From an uncultured delta proteobacterium (GTDB lineage Bacteria > Desulfobacterota > Binatia > UBA9968): DNA of 64,000 bases. Position 1 is the first letter of the stretch. Each line of letters opens with the position of its first letter. The notes under the pieces are model-generated. The model worked only from the letters and a program-made list of their open reading frames with translations. It was not told where the DNA came from and made no database searches. The translations under genes and the position numbers were made by a program. This document shows, one piece after another, positions 45,549 to 55,157 of the stretch. The stretch covers positions 1,600,001 to 1,664,000 of the forward strand of contig CAVUVW010000013.1 in NCBI GenBank assembly GCA_963745035.1. The letters run 5' to 3'.

Positions 45549-46837
45549 GATGACTGGCGCTTTTCCATCGGTACGTAGTCGCGTTGCTCCGCGCCCAGAT
45601 AAAGCTGCTTTGGACGGGCTAATTTCTGGTCCGGATCGGTCAGCATTTCTTCCCATTGGGCGATCCAGCCGCTCGTGCGCGGAATCGCAAACAGCACCGG
45701 AAACATGTCCATCGGCAGGCCTATCGACTGGTAGATCAACCCGGAATAAAAATCGACGTTGGGATAAAGCTTGCGTCGGATAAAGTACTCGTCCTCTAGC
45801 GCGATGCGCTCGAGCTCGAGGGCGATGTCGAGCAAGGGATTGCGTCCTTTGACTTCGAAGACCTGATCGGCGATCTCCTTGATGATCTTGGCGCGCGGGT
45901 CATAGTTCTTGTAGACCCGATGGCCGAAACCCATCAAACGTCCTTCCCCGCCTTTTACCTTTTTGATGAATTCGGAAACTTTGGCCTTGGAGCCGATCTC
46001 CATGAGCATCCGGAGCACGGCTTCATTGGCGCCGCCGTGCAGCGGCCCATAGAGCGCCGCGGCGGCGGCGGCGACCGCCGAATAGGGATCGACCTGGGAG
46101 CTGCCGACGCTGCGCATGGCGTTGGTGCTGCAATTCTGCTCATGGTCGGCGTGGAGAATGAAGAGAATATCGAGAGCGCGCTCGAGCACAGGATTCGGTT
46201 TGTATTTGAGCTCGGTCATCTTGAACAGCATGTTGAGAAAATTTCCCGTGTAGCTCAAATCGTTGTCGGGATAGGAATACGGCAGGCCGAGGCTGTGCCG
46301 GTAGGCGAACGCCGCCAAGGTCGGCATCTTGCTGATCAGACGATAGGTTTGGTCGTGCCGCGAGTTGACATCGAAAATCTTTTTGGCTCCCGGATAAAAT
46401 GTCGAGAGCGCGCCCACGGTGCTGACCAGAATGCCCATCGGGTGCGCGTCATGATGAAAACCGTCGATGAGCTTTTTGATGTTCTCGTGAATGATCGAAT
46501 GATAGGTGATATTGTGGGTCCACTCTGCGAGCTGCGATTTGTTGGGCAGCTCGCCATAAAGAATCAAGTACGCGGTTTCCAAGTAGGTGCTTTTTTCGGC
46601 GATCTGTTCGATCGGATAGCCACGATAGCGCAGAATGCCACGGTCGCCGTCGATGTACGTGATCTTGCTTTGGCAGGAGGCGGTGTTCATGAAGCCGGGG
46701 TCGTAGCAGACGATTCCATCATCTTCCGTGACTTTGATTTGAAACAGGTCGGTCGCTTTGATGCCGCCGTTTTTGATCGGAATGTCGTACTTCTTGCCCG
46801 TCCGGTTATCGATAATGGTCAAAGTGTCTGAAGCCAT
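45545..46837 (-). CDS. gltA: Citrate synthase
   Basis: YDPGFMNTASC, LHADHEQNCST, GPLHGGANE, GFGHRVYK, YPNVDFYSG. Confidence 0.98.
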   Translation of the reverse strand: MASDTLTIIDNRTGKKYDIPIKNGGIKATDLFQIKVTEDDGIVCYDPGFMNTASCQSKITYIDGDRGILRYRGYPIEQIAEKSTYLETAYLILYGELPNKSQLAEWTHNITYHSIIHENIKKLIDGFHHDAHPMGILVSTVGALSTFYPGAKKIFDVNSRHDQTYRLISKMPTLAAFAYRHSLGLPYSYPDNDLSYTGNFLNMLFKMTELKYKPNPVLERALDILFILHADHEQNCSTNAMRSVGSSQVDPYSAVAAAAAALYGPLHGGANEAVLRMLMEIGSKAKVSEFIKKVKGGEGRLMGFGHRVYKNYDPRAKIIKEIADQVFEVKGRNPLLDIALELERIALEDEYFIRRKLYPNVDFYSGLIYQSIGLPMDMFPVLFAIPRTSGWIAQWEEMLTDPDQKLARPKQLYLGAEQRDYVPMEKRQSS

Positions 46838-46917
46838 CGGTTCAACCTTTCACCTCTGCTTTGGCACGATTCTTTTTAGAACATCCCCCTGCCGCGGTCA
46901 ACTCCGCGTCAGCGAGC

Positions 46918-47367
46918 TTAAGGCGCGATCTGCCAGCGAATTTTCCACTCGGTCGCGGATTTCACGCAGCACACCATCGAGGCGGGGAGAAACTCGGCAG
47001 CGGGACGTTCGGAATCGCCGTGGAGCAGCAAGCCGGTCAGTCGGCTCATGAACGGCAGGTGCCCAACCAACATGAGCGAATCGGCGGCGAAGTCGAGCTC
47101 GATTTTGATGATCGCGGGATCGTCATCGGGCAGCAGCCCGGAGAGTTGGGCGACTCTTTCAAGGGAAGGGAAATGCCGCGCCAAAATTTCTGCCGTCTCC
47201 GCGGCACGCAAGATCCCCGAATGATAAATGGCCGAAGGCTGAACATTGCGCTCAACGGCCAATCGCGCCGTCTGTTCGACGTGACGCCGGCCCGCAGCGG
47301 ACAGCGGGCGCAGCGGATTGTCCGCCGCGGTCATGGCATCGCCATGTCGCACTAAGTAAAATCTCAC
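46918..47367 (-). CDS. sixA: Phosphohistidine phosphatase
   Basis: LVRHGDA, RPLS..G, RA.ETA, LVGHLP. Confidence 0.9.
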   Translation of the reverse strand: MRFYLVRHGDAMTAADNPLRPLSAAGRRHVEQTARLAVERNVQPSAIYHSGILRAAETAEILARHFPSLERVAQLSGLLPDDDPAIIKIELDFAADSLMLVGHLPFMSRLTGLLLHGDSERPAAEFLPASMVCCVKSATEWKIRWQIAP

Positions 47368-47567
47368 GACGGGTCAGGCACCTCGATAGACTGCGGCGAT
47401 CGCGATACGAAAGCGCAGTGGCTGGCACCGCAGTGCGCGCCGACGATGACGGCGAATGTTTCGTGCGACCGCGCCGCGCGCTCGTGGTTGCAAAAGGCAG
47501 GTGTTCATATAGTATGCCGGTCAGAAATTTGCAATCGAGCGGTCCATGGGACGCGCGTTCGGCAACC

Positions 47568-48296
47568 GTGATCGAATTTCGCAAGGTCAATAAATGGTTC
47601 GGTTCGCTTCACGTCCTCAAGGACATTGATTTAACCGTAGAAGCGGGCAACGTCGTCGTCGTCTGCGGGCCGAGCGGCAGCGGTAAAAGCACCTTGATCC
47701 GCTGCATCAACCGGCTCGAAATCATCCAATCCGGCGACATCGTCGTAGACGGCCGCTCGGTATCCGATCCGCGCCTGGACGCGGCGAGCTTGCGCGCCGA
47801 CGTCGGAATGGTGTTTCAATCGTTCAATCTCTACCCGCACATGACAGTGCTCGAAAACATCACGCTGGCGCCGATCAAGGTGAAGCGCCTGGCCGCCGAG
47901 GAGGCGAAAAAAATCGCCACCCAGCTCCTGGAACGCGTGGGTATTCCCGATAAGGCCACCGCCTTTCCGGCTAATCTCTCCGGCGGCCAGCAGCAGCGCG
48001 TGGCGATCGCGCGCGCTCTGGCGATGAAGCCCAAGATTATGTTGTTCGACGAGCCCACATCGGCACTCGATCCGGAAATGATCAATGAAGTCTTGGAAGT
48101 GATGACCGATCTGGCGCGCGACGGCATGACGATGATCGTGGTCACGCATGAGATGGGCTTTGCCCGCCGCGTGGCCGATCGAGTGGTCTTCATGGACCAG
48201 GGACAGGTGATCGAAGCCAATCCGCCGGAAAAATTTTTCGCCGCGGCGGAGTCTCCTCGCGCGCGGCAATTCTTAAGCAAGATCCTTTCTCACTGA
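47568..48296 (+). CDS. Polar amino-acid ABC ATP-binding protein
   Basis: GPSGSGKST, LSGGQQQRVAIARAL, FDEPTSALDPEM, VTHEMGFA. Confidence 0.95.
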   Translation: MIEFRKVNKWFGSLHVLKDIDLTVEAGNVVVVCGPSGSGKSTLIRCINRLEIIQSGDIVVDGRSVSDPRLDAASLRADVGMVFQSFNLYPHMTVLENITLAPIKVKRLAAEEAKKIATQLLERVGIPDKATAFPANLSGGQQQRVAIARALAMKPKIMLFDEPTSALDPEMINEVLEVMTDLARDGMTMIVVTHEMGFARRVADRVVFMDQGQVIEANPPEKFFAAAESPRARQFLSKILSH

Positions 48297-48306
48297 GGAG
48301 CGCGAC

Positions 48307-49164
48307 ATGAAACGATCCTTTTGCCTTTGGTTCATCGCTTTGCTTGGCATTGCAGTCCACGGCTCGGCGCGGGCGCAAAGTGCGCTGGAAAAAATCGACA
48401 AGAGCGGAACGCTGATCATCGGCGCGCGGACCGGCTCGCCGCCATTCGCTTACGTCAACAAGAACAACGAGTGGGTGGGTTTTTCCATCGACCTGGTAGA
48501 AAAGGCGATCTTGCCGGCGCTCAACAAGAAGCTAAACAAGCAAGTGAAGCTCGAAAAGAAGGAGTCCGCGCCGCAGACGCGCATCCCGCTACTCACCTCG
48601 AACGCCGTGGACCTGATCGCCGAAACCATGACCGACACGCAATCGCGCCGCGAGACCGTCGATTTCAGTCTCACCTTTTTCGCCACGGGCGCGCAATTCC
48701 TGGTCAAGAAAGGTAGCCCGATCAAGGGCCTTCAAACCGTCGCCAACCGGCGCGTCGCGGCGCAGCAAGGCTCCACCAACGCGAAAATTATCCGCGAGAG
48801 CGTACCGACCGCCAAGCTGCTCGAGTTTCCCGATCAGCCGGCGGCCTTTCAAGCCCTCGCTCAAGGCCAGGTGCACGCCTACACCAATGACGGCATTCAG
48901 CTTGCAGGTCTGAAAGCCAAGGCGCCCAAACCGGACGAATGGGCGGTGGTCGGCGAGTTTTTCTCCTACGAGCCTTACGGCATGGCGATGAGAAAGAACG
49001 ATTCCGATTTTCGCCAGATCGTGAATGTAGCCCTGATGGACGCCATCACCAGCGGTCTCTATTTCGAGATCTACGAAAAATGGTTCGGGCCCAAAGGCGA
49101 AGTCCCCTATCCTCTGACTGCCGAGACCAAGCGCTTCCTGCAAATGCAAGTCGTGCCCAAATAA
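48307..49164 (+). CDS. Amino-acid ABC substrate-binding protein (Glu/Asp-like)
   Basis: SPPFAY, TRIPLL, R.ETVDFS, EPYGM. Confidence 0.9.
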   Translation: MKRSFCLWFIALLGIAVHGSARAQSALEKIDKSGTLIIGARTGSPPFAYVNKNNEWVGFSIDLVEKAILPALNKKLNKQVKLEKKESAPQTRIPLLTSNAVDLIAETMTDTQSRRETVDFSLTFFATGAQFLVKKGSPIKGLQTVANRRVAAQQGSTNAKIIRESVPTAKLLEFPDQPAAFQALAQGQVHAYTNDGIQLAGLKAKAPKPDEWAVVGEFFSYEPYGMAMRKNDSDFRQIVNVALMDAITSGLYFEIYEKWFGPKGEVPYPLTAETKRFLQMQVVPK

Positions 49165-49247
49165 GGCACGAGGCAACAGGCGTGAGGCGTAGGGAAAAGG
49201 ACAGACGGTTTTTCTTACTCGCGACTTTCGCCTGAAGCCTCACGCCT
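49164..49247. repeat. Inverted heptamer array (AGGCnnn / nnnGCCT)
   Basis: AGGCACG AGGCAAC AGGCGTG AGGCGTA ... TTCGCCT GAAGCCT CACGCCT. Confidence 0.72.
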
Positions 49248-49256
49248 GCCCGCGAA

Positions 49257-49982
49257 ATGAATTACCAATTTGACTGGAGCGTTCTCTGGAGCGGCCAGAC
49301 CGGCGCGTGGCTCCTTCGAGGCATCCTGATCACGCTTCAGCTCTCCGCGCTTGGCTGGCTGGCCGCGGTCGCGCTGGGTACCGTCGCCGGCGCGCTGCGC
49401 ACCGTAGCGATTGCGCCGCTGCGCTGGCTCGCCGGCGCCTATGTTGAATTTTTCCGCAACGTTCCACTGCTCGTCTGGATGTTCTTTTGGTACTTCGGCA
49501 TGCCGCCGCTCTTGCCCGAGGCGATCCAGGAATGGCTGCTGGATCACGGCGCGGAATTCTGGGCAGGCGCATGCGCCTTGGGCGTCTATCACGGCGCGCG
49601 CTTCTCCGAAGTGATCCGGTCCGGGATTCGCTCGATTCCAAAAACCCAGTATGAAGCCGCCGTCTCCACCGGCTTGACGGTGCCGCAAACGTACCGCTTG
49701 ATCATCCTGCCGGTCGCGCTGCGCCTGATCGTCCCGCCCGCCACCAATGAAACGCTCAATCTTCTGAAAAACTCCTCCGTCGCACTGACCATCGGCGTGG
49801 CGGAGCTGACCTTTCAGACCCGACAGATCGAAACATACACCGCCAAGGCCTTCGAGGCGCTGGCGGCCGGAACGCTGATCTACCTCGCGCTCTGCCTGGC
49901 TATCGCCACGATCATGGCGCGCGTGGAGCGGCGAGTGGCGATCCCGGGCATGATCGCGCGCGGCCAGAGCGGCGAGCTTTAG
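49257..49982 (+). CDS. Amino-acid ABC permease
   Basis: YVEFFRNVPLLV, EVIRSGI.SIP..QYEAA, LKNSS. Confidence 0.93.
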   Translation: MNYQFDWSVLWSGQTGAWLLRGILITLQLSALGWLAAVALGTVAGALRTVAIAPLRWLAGAYVEFFRNVPLLVWMFFWYFGMPPLLPEAIQEWLLDHGAEFWAGACALGVYHGARFSEVIRSGIRSIPKTQYEAAVSTGLTVPQTYRLIILPVALRLIVPPATNETLNLLKNSSVALTIGVAELTFQTRQIETYTAKAFEALAAGTLIYLALCLAIATIMARVERRVAIPGMIARGQSGEL

Positions 49983-49983
49983 C

Positions 49984-50658
49984 ATGGACTTCCGCGTTGT
50001 CGCCGACAATTTTTCCTTTCTGATCGTCCAAGGCTTTATCGGTTTCGGCTCCTTCGCCGGCGGCACCCTGCGTCTGGCGCTGCCTGCCATTTTTTTCGGC
50101 TTCCTGCTCGGCACCGGCATCGGGGTGGCGCGTCTAGCGCGGTCTCGGTGGGTAAATCTACCAGCAAAGGTTTACGTAGAATTTTTTCGCGGCGTGCCTC
50201 TGGTCATGGTCATTTTCTGGTTTTGGTTCATCATTCCCACTCTGCTCGGCAGGTCGCTTCCCGAATACAGCGTCGCGCTGACGGCTTTCGTGGTTTTCGA
50301 AGCGGCCTACTTGGCGGAAATCGTGCGCGCCGGCATTCAGTCTGTGCCGCGCGGTCAAATCGAGGCCGCCACCGCGACCGGCCTGACGCGCGCGCCGATG
50401 ATGCGCCACGTCATTTTGCCGCAGGCGCTGCGCAACATGATTCCGGCGCTGGTGACGCAATTCATCGTGCTGCTGAAAGATACCTCATTGGCCTCGATCA
50501 TCGGCTACGTCGATCTCACCAAGGCCGCGCAGATCGTCAACAACCGCGAAATTCGCCCGTTCGAGCTCTATCTTTTCATCGCGGTAGTTTACTGGCTGTG
50601 CAGTTACGCGATGTCGCGCTACGCCCGCCGGTGGGACGGGGCTCAGCCTGCCGCCTGA
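49984..50658 (+). CDS. Amino-acid ABC permease
   Basis: YVEFFRGVPL, AEIVRAGIQSVPRGQ, LKDTSL. Confidence 0.93.
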   Translation: MDFRVVADNFSFLIVQGFIGFGSFAGGTLRLALPAIFFGFLLGTGIGVARLARSRWVNLPAKVYVEFFRGVPLVMVIFWFWFIIPTLLGRSLPEYSVALTAFVVFEAAYLAEIVRAGIQSVPRGQIEAATATGLTRAPMMRHVILPQALRNMIPALVTQFIVLLKDTSLASIIGYVDLTKAAQIVNNREIRPFELYLFIAVVYWLCSYAMSRYARRWDGAQPAA

Positions 50659-50919
50659 ACCTGTGTCAACGAAATTTAATCATCTTGCCGGCGTCCACGG
50701 TTGACTGCTTCAAGAACGGTGCGATAAATTTCGGAGACCGCAGCGCGACCGTTGAGTTCAAGCAACACTGAATTTCGTGAATACGATGACCGAAACAATT
50801 GAGGATGCCATCGAGGAAATCGCTCTCGGACGCGGCCTGCCGTTGCCGCGCCGGAGCATCCATCCCGACTCGATGATTTTCGGCTTGCCCGCTGACCTCC
50901 GGCACGGAAGTGAAATAAT

Positions 50920-52335
50920 ATGGCTCACTACGATTTATTGGTGATCGGTTCCGGCCCCGCCGGCCAGAAAGCCGCCATCCAGGCGGCCAAGGCCGGCAAG
51001 ACCGTCGGCATCATCGAGCGGCGGACAGTTGCCGGCGGCTTGTGCATCAACATTGGCACGATCCCGAGCAAATCCCTGCGCGAGGCCGTGATGTTTCTCT
51101 CCGGCTTTCGCCAGCGCAATCTCTACGGCGCCAGCTACCGGGTGAAAAAAGACATCACCTTCGAAGACCTGGCGCAACGCTGCGATCACGTAGTCAAGGC
51201 CGAGCAGGAAATTATCCAAAACCAGCTCATGCGAAACCACGTCGACTTTATCGTCGGCACCGCTTCCATTCTCGATTCGCACCGGATCGCCATCGACGGG
51301 GGAGCCGAATCCCAAGAGCACACTGCCGACTACATTGTCATCGCCGTGGGGACCGAGCCGGCGCGCCCGCCGGAGATTCCCTTCGATGGCGAAGCGGTCA
51401 TCGACAGCGACGAGCTGATCTCGCTCAAGCAGCTGCCGAAATCGCTCACCATCGTCGGCGGGGGCGTGATCGGTTGCGAATACGCCTGCATCCTCGCCAC
51501 CCTGGGCATCCCCGTGGTGCTGGTCGAGCGGCGGCCCAGGCTGCTCGAGTTCGTCGACAGCGAGATGATCGAGTCGCTGCAATACCAGATGCGTAACATC
51601 GGCGTGACCTTGCGGCTCCACGAGGAAGTGACCGGCGTTCACAAGGCAAACGACGGCTCCGTGGTGCTGCAACTCAGGAGCGGCAAGCAGATCCGCTCAC
51701 CGCTGCTCATCTACTCGGCGGGCCGCGTGGGCGCAACGAAAAACCTGGGCCTGGAGCGGATCGGCATCGCGCCCGACGAGCGCGGGCGGCTCAAAGTCAA
51801 TGCAGATTTTCAGATGGCAGTGCCGCATATTTACGCCGTCGGAGACGTCGTGGGATTTCCGGCGTTGGCATCGACTTCGATGCAGCAAGGACGCCACGCC
51901 GCCTGCCATGCGTTCCAGCTTCAATGCGATACGGCCACTCACCTTTTGCCGTACGGCATCTACACGATTCCGGAGATCTCCATGGTCGGGCGCAATGAAG
52001 ACGAGCTCACCAGCGGCGGCGTTCCCTATGAAGTCGGCGTCGCCCGCTACCGCGAGATCGCCCGCGGGCAGTTGATCGGCGACACCGTGGGCATGCTGAA
52101 ACTGCTGTTTCATAGCGAGACCCGCGAGTTGCTCGGCGTTCACGCGATCGGCGAGGGCGCCACCGAATTGGTTCACATCGGCCAAGCGGTCATCGCCCAC
52201 GGCGGCAAGCTCGACTACTTTATCGACGCGGTTTTCAACTACCCGACCTTGGCGGAATGCTACAAAGTCGCCGCACTCGCCGCGCTCAACAAATTTCCCA
52301 GCGACGCCCTAACATGCAAAGTGCCGCCGTCCTGA
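50920..52335 (+). CDS. sthA: Soluble (Si-specific) pyridine nucleotide transhydrogenase
   Basis: IGSGPAG, GGLCINIGTIPSK (single Cys), GFPALASTSM.QGR, FNYPTLAECYKVAA. Confidence 0.92.
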   Translation: MAHYDLLVIGSGPAGQKAAIQAAKAGKTVGIIERRTVAGGLCINIGTIPSKSLREAVMFLSGFRQRNLYGASYRVKKDITFEDLAQRCDHVVKAEQEIIQNQLMRNHVDFIVGTASILDSHRIAIDGGAESQEHTADYIVIAVGTEPARPPEIPFDGEAVIDSDELISLKQLPKSLTIVGGGVIGCEYACILATLGIPVVLVERRPRLLEFVDSEMIESLQYQMRNIGVTLRLHEEVTGVHKANDGSVVLQLRSGKQIRSPLLIYSAGRVGATKNLGLERIGIAPDERGRLKVNADFQMAVPHIYAVGDVVGFPALASTSMQQGRHAACHAFQLQCDTATHLLPYGIYTIPEISMVGRNEDELTSGGVPYEVGVARYREIARGQLIGDTVGMLKLLFHSETRELLGVHAIGEGATELVHIGQAVIAHGGKLDYFIDAVFNYPTLAECYKVAALAALNKFPSDALTCKVPPS

Positions 52336-52356
52336 ATCGATCCGTCGGTTTCTGGA

Positions 52357-52755
52357 TTAGCCCACGTTGGAAACTTTATCGGGACGAATCTTGTAGATCA
52401 CGCGCACCTCGTCTGGGGCGCGAAATGGATAGCGTTCTTTGTCCAGGTATTTTTTCGCCAGGGCGTCGATGTGCGCGTCCGCGCCGCTTTCCGTGATTTC
52501 GTCGACATTGCCGCGAATCGCGAGATAGCGATAGGGGTTGTCCGGATCCTGGATGGACAACGCCACTCGTTTGTCGCCGCGCATGTTTTTGTCCTTCAGC
52601 CGGCTTTTGGCGGAATTGATGCGGACATGGGTGCCGTCGAAATCGCACCACACCGGCGTCACTTGCGGGCTCCCATCCGGCATCAAGGTCGCCAAGTGGG
52701 CGAAGGCGCGCTTGTTCAGTATGTCTTTGAGCTCCTCGGGAATCTTGGACGCCAT
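52357..52755 (-). CDS. PPOX-class (putative F420-dependent) oxidoreductase
   Basis: AHLATLMPDGSPQVTPVW, K.KN...D.RVALSI.D..NPYRY. Confidence 0.88.
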   Translation of the reverse strand: MASKIPEELKDILNKRAFAHLATLMPDGSPQVTPVWCDFDGTHVRINSAKSRLKDKNMRGDKRVALSIQDPDNPYRYLAIRGNVDEITESGADAHIDALAKKYLDKERYPFRAPDEVRVIYKIRPDKVSNVG

Positions 52756-52781
52756 GGGATTCTCCTTTCCGATTGCCGCTG

Positions 52782-53435
52782 TCAGTAAAAATAGTTTCGC
52801 AACTCGCTCAAATGCTCGATCATCAAGTCCGGCTTGGCCGCGCTCAACCGATCCTTATCGCCGAGACCGTAGCTCACGGCGCAGGTGATCACTCCGGCGC
52901 GTCGCCCCGCCTCGATGTCGGTCTCGCCGTCACCGACCATCACGGCGCTCGACGCCGCGGTTTGAAATCGTTCCAACGCCATCGTAACGAGCGCCGGATG
53001 GGGCTTTTTTTCCGCAGCGCTGTCGCCGCCCAAGATGAGGTCGAAAGATTCTCCAACGCCGAGCCCGCGCACCACCGCTTCGGCCAGCCGCTGGATCTTG
53101 TTTGTTGCCACGATCCTGCGCTTACCGCTAAAATACTCGAGGATGTCCTGAACTCCCGGATAGAGCACCGTCTTGTCGAGCAAATGCGCCTCGTAGTGCT
53201 CCACAAAGACTCCCAGGACTTGATGGAAATGCTCGCCGTCCTTGATCGGCAAAGTGTGCCGCAGAAGATGCTCGACACCGAGGCCGACGTGGGCATGGAT
53301 TCGTGCCGCCGCGAGCGGCGCCAAATCGAATCGCGCGCGCGTAAAATTGACCGCATCCGCAAGATCCGCCCCCGTGTCGGCGAGTGTTCCGTCGAGGTCG
53401 AACAGGATCAAGTCCACCCGCTTTTTCATACTCAT
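52782..53435 (-). CDS. HAD-IA hydrolase (phosphoglycolate phosphatase-like)
   Basis: FDLDGTL, ATNK, KKPHP, MVGD..TD. Confidence 0.92.
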   Translation of the reverse strand: MSMKKRVDLILFDLDGTLADTGADLADAVNFTRARFDLAPLAAARIHAHVGLGVEHLLRHTLPIKDGEHFHQVLGVFVEHYEAHLLDKTVLYPGVQDILEYFSGKRRIVATNKIQRLAEAVVRGLGVGESFDLILGGDSAAEKKPHPALVTMALERFQTAASSAVMVGDGETDIEAGRRAGVITCAVSYGLGDKDRLSAAKPDLMIEHLSELRNYFY

Positions 53436-53628
53436 GGATTGAAATTGAAATCCCCAGCCAAGTCAACGCGGCGGTGCGGCGCGGGAGAAGATTGCCGAGC
53501 CGCGACTTCGCGTGACCGCTGGCGAACTGCCGGCCCAGCATTTGACGAGGAACTCTTTGCGCATTGCTGGTGCCTTGTGTAAGTTGGCGCGTCGGCGCCA
53601 GTCGAAATATTCTGTGCGGAGGTCATCG

Positions 53629-54621
53629 ATGAAGCAAGGTCCCATTGCCGTTCTCGCCGCGGTCGCTTGCCTGTTTCTGACAGCGCAAAGCTCGCCCGCG
53701 GCGGACAAATTGAATACTTCGTACATCTCCACGACCCCGGGCTCCTCCTCGGTGCTGTGGGTCGCCAAAGACGCCAAGATCTTCGACAAGCACGGCATCG
53801 ACGCGACGGTGATTTTCATCTCCGGCAGCGTGCGCGGCATTCAATCGATCCTCGCCGGCGAAATCCCGATCGGCGAAGGCGGTGGGCCGGGTCTGGCAAG
53901 CGCGCGGCTCGCCGGCGGCGACGTCGTCGCCGTTGCCGGCAACGTCAATGTGTTGCCTTATTACCTGGTGTCCCAGCCGAGCATAAGAAAACACGAAGAC
54001 TTGCGCGGCAAGGTCGGCGGGACTCATATCGCGGGAACAACCGCCGAATTCGCCTTGAAAGTGGGTCTGAAGAAAATTGGTCTCGATCCCCTGAAGGATG
54101 TCAACCTCCGCGTGATCGGCGGCGCCATCGAGCGCATGGTGGCACTGCAAAAAGGTATCGTTCAGTTTACGGTGGTGACCGAGGCGGGCAAGGCGATGGC
54201 TGAAAAACTCGGCTATCCCACCGTCGTTGATATGGTGACGCTGCAGATCCCTTTTCCGCAAAACGGCATTTATACTTCGACGAAGCTGACGCGAGAGAAT
54301 CCGGACTTCGTCCGCCGTTACCTGCGAGCGTACGTCGAAGCGATTCACTACTACAAGACTCACAAGGAAGAGACGATCAAAATCATGCGCAAATATTCCC
54401 GTCTGGACGAGCGAAAAATTCTCGAAGAAGCCTGGGACTGGCACAGCAAATTCATGCCCGACGCGCCCTATCCTCCTGCGGAAGGGTACCAGCTCGTGCT
54501 CCAGGACATGGCGGAAAAAAACCCCAAGGCCGCGCAAGCCAACGTGAAGGACTACATCGACACGCGGTTTATCAAGGAACTGGAAGACTCCGGGTTTATC
54601 AAGAATTTATCGCGGAAATAG
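53629..54621 (+). CDS. ABC substrate-binding protein (NMT1/SsuA-like), orphan
   Basis: Signal peptide, IFDKHGID, DLRGKV, tail FIKELEDSGFI similar to that of 36380-37357. Confidence 0.9.
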   Translation: MKQGPIAVLAAVACLFLTAQSSPAADKLNTSYISTTPGSSSVLWVAKDAKIFDKHGIDATVIFISGSVRGIQSILAGEIPIGEGGGPGLASARLAGGDVVAVAGNVNVLPYYLVSQPSIRKHEDLRGKVGGTHIAGTTAEFALKVGLKKIGLDPLKDVNLRVIGGAIERMVALQKGIVQFTVVTEAGKAMAEKLGYPTVVDMVTLQIPFPQNGIYTSTKLTRENPDFVRRYLRAYVEAIHYYKTHKEETIKIMRKYSRLDERKILEEAWDWHSKFMPDAPYPPAEGYQLVLQDMAEKNPKAAQANVKDYIDTRFIKELEDSGFIKNLSRK

Positions 54622-54640
54622 CCTCGCCACGACGAATTGG

Positions 54641-54690
54641 GTTCAAATAGTTCAAATCTTCGATCTGAACAATTTGAGCGGCTTGAGCGA
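54641..54690. repeat. Inverted nonamer array (GTTCAAATn / nTTGARCnn)
   Basis: GTTCAAATA GTTCAAATC ... TCTGAACAA TTTGAGCGG CTTGAGCGA, between convergent genes. Confidence 0.6.
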
Positions 54691-54691
54691 G

Positions 54692-55147
54692 CTAGATTTT
54701 ATCCCGTGCCGCTTGCAGCACCTGATGCAGCGGCTCGATGTCGATGACCAAGGACGAGAGCTGCAGTTTTTCCTCGCGCAGTTGATCCGGCACCGCTGCA
54801 ATCACTTCCTCTTCAAGAACGTGATACACGGGAATTTTTAGCGCCACCCCGGCAAGTGGTCCGGCGTAACTCGGATCGCCTTCGGTCACGGTCTCTGCAA
54901 AGACCTCCACCCCGTTGGCTTCACTGTTGCCTAAAACCACCGTCAGATTTTCCGGACCATACTGGTCCGCCAAGCGCCTGATGACTCCCTGGTTTTCGAA
55001 GTTCATCGCGCCTGCGGCGGTTCAGACAAAGCACTCGGTGACTTGAAAAACGACCTCGTAACCTGCGCCTTCGAGGCATTCGGCGATGACCGGACCCGGC
55101 ACTCCGTCACGCTCACCGATGGCGATGATTTTCTTTCCTTTTTCCAT
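54692..55147 (-). CDS. grdA: Glycine/sarcosine/betaine reductase selenoprotein A (Sec at codon 42)
   Basis: RBS GGAGG, ATG 55147: [24 protein letters not shown]...VTECFV-UGA(55024-55022)[11 protein letters not shown]...[20 protein letters not shown]; GrdA signatures on both sides of the in-frame UGA. Confidence 0.95.
54967..55020 (-). promoter_or_regulatory. Putative bacterial SECIS hairpin
   Basis: Directly 3' of the UGA: CCGC/GCGG, CAGGCGC/GCGCUUG, GAUGA/UCAUC and CUUC/GGAG stems with a GAAAACCAG loop (paired by eye). Confidence 0.65.
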
Positions 55148-55157
55148 TCGACCTCCG

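Noticed and set aside
46862-46876. TGGCACG sigma54-like -24 box
   Set aside because: No TTGC at -12, and it points away from the neighbouring minus-strand genes.
50660-50919. 260-bp spacer with short ORFs and a GAAATTTA...TAAATTTC inverted pair
   Set aside because: No recognisable protein or RNA family, and the 8-bp match could be chance.
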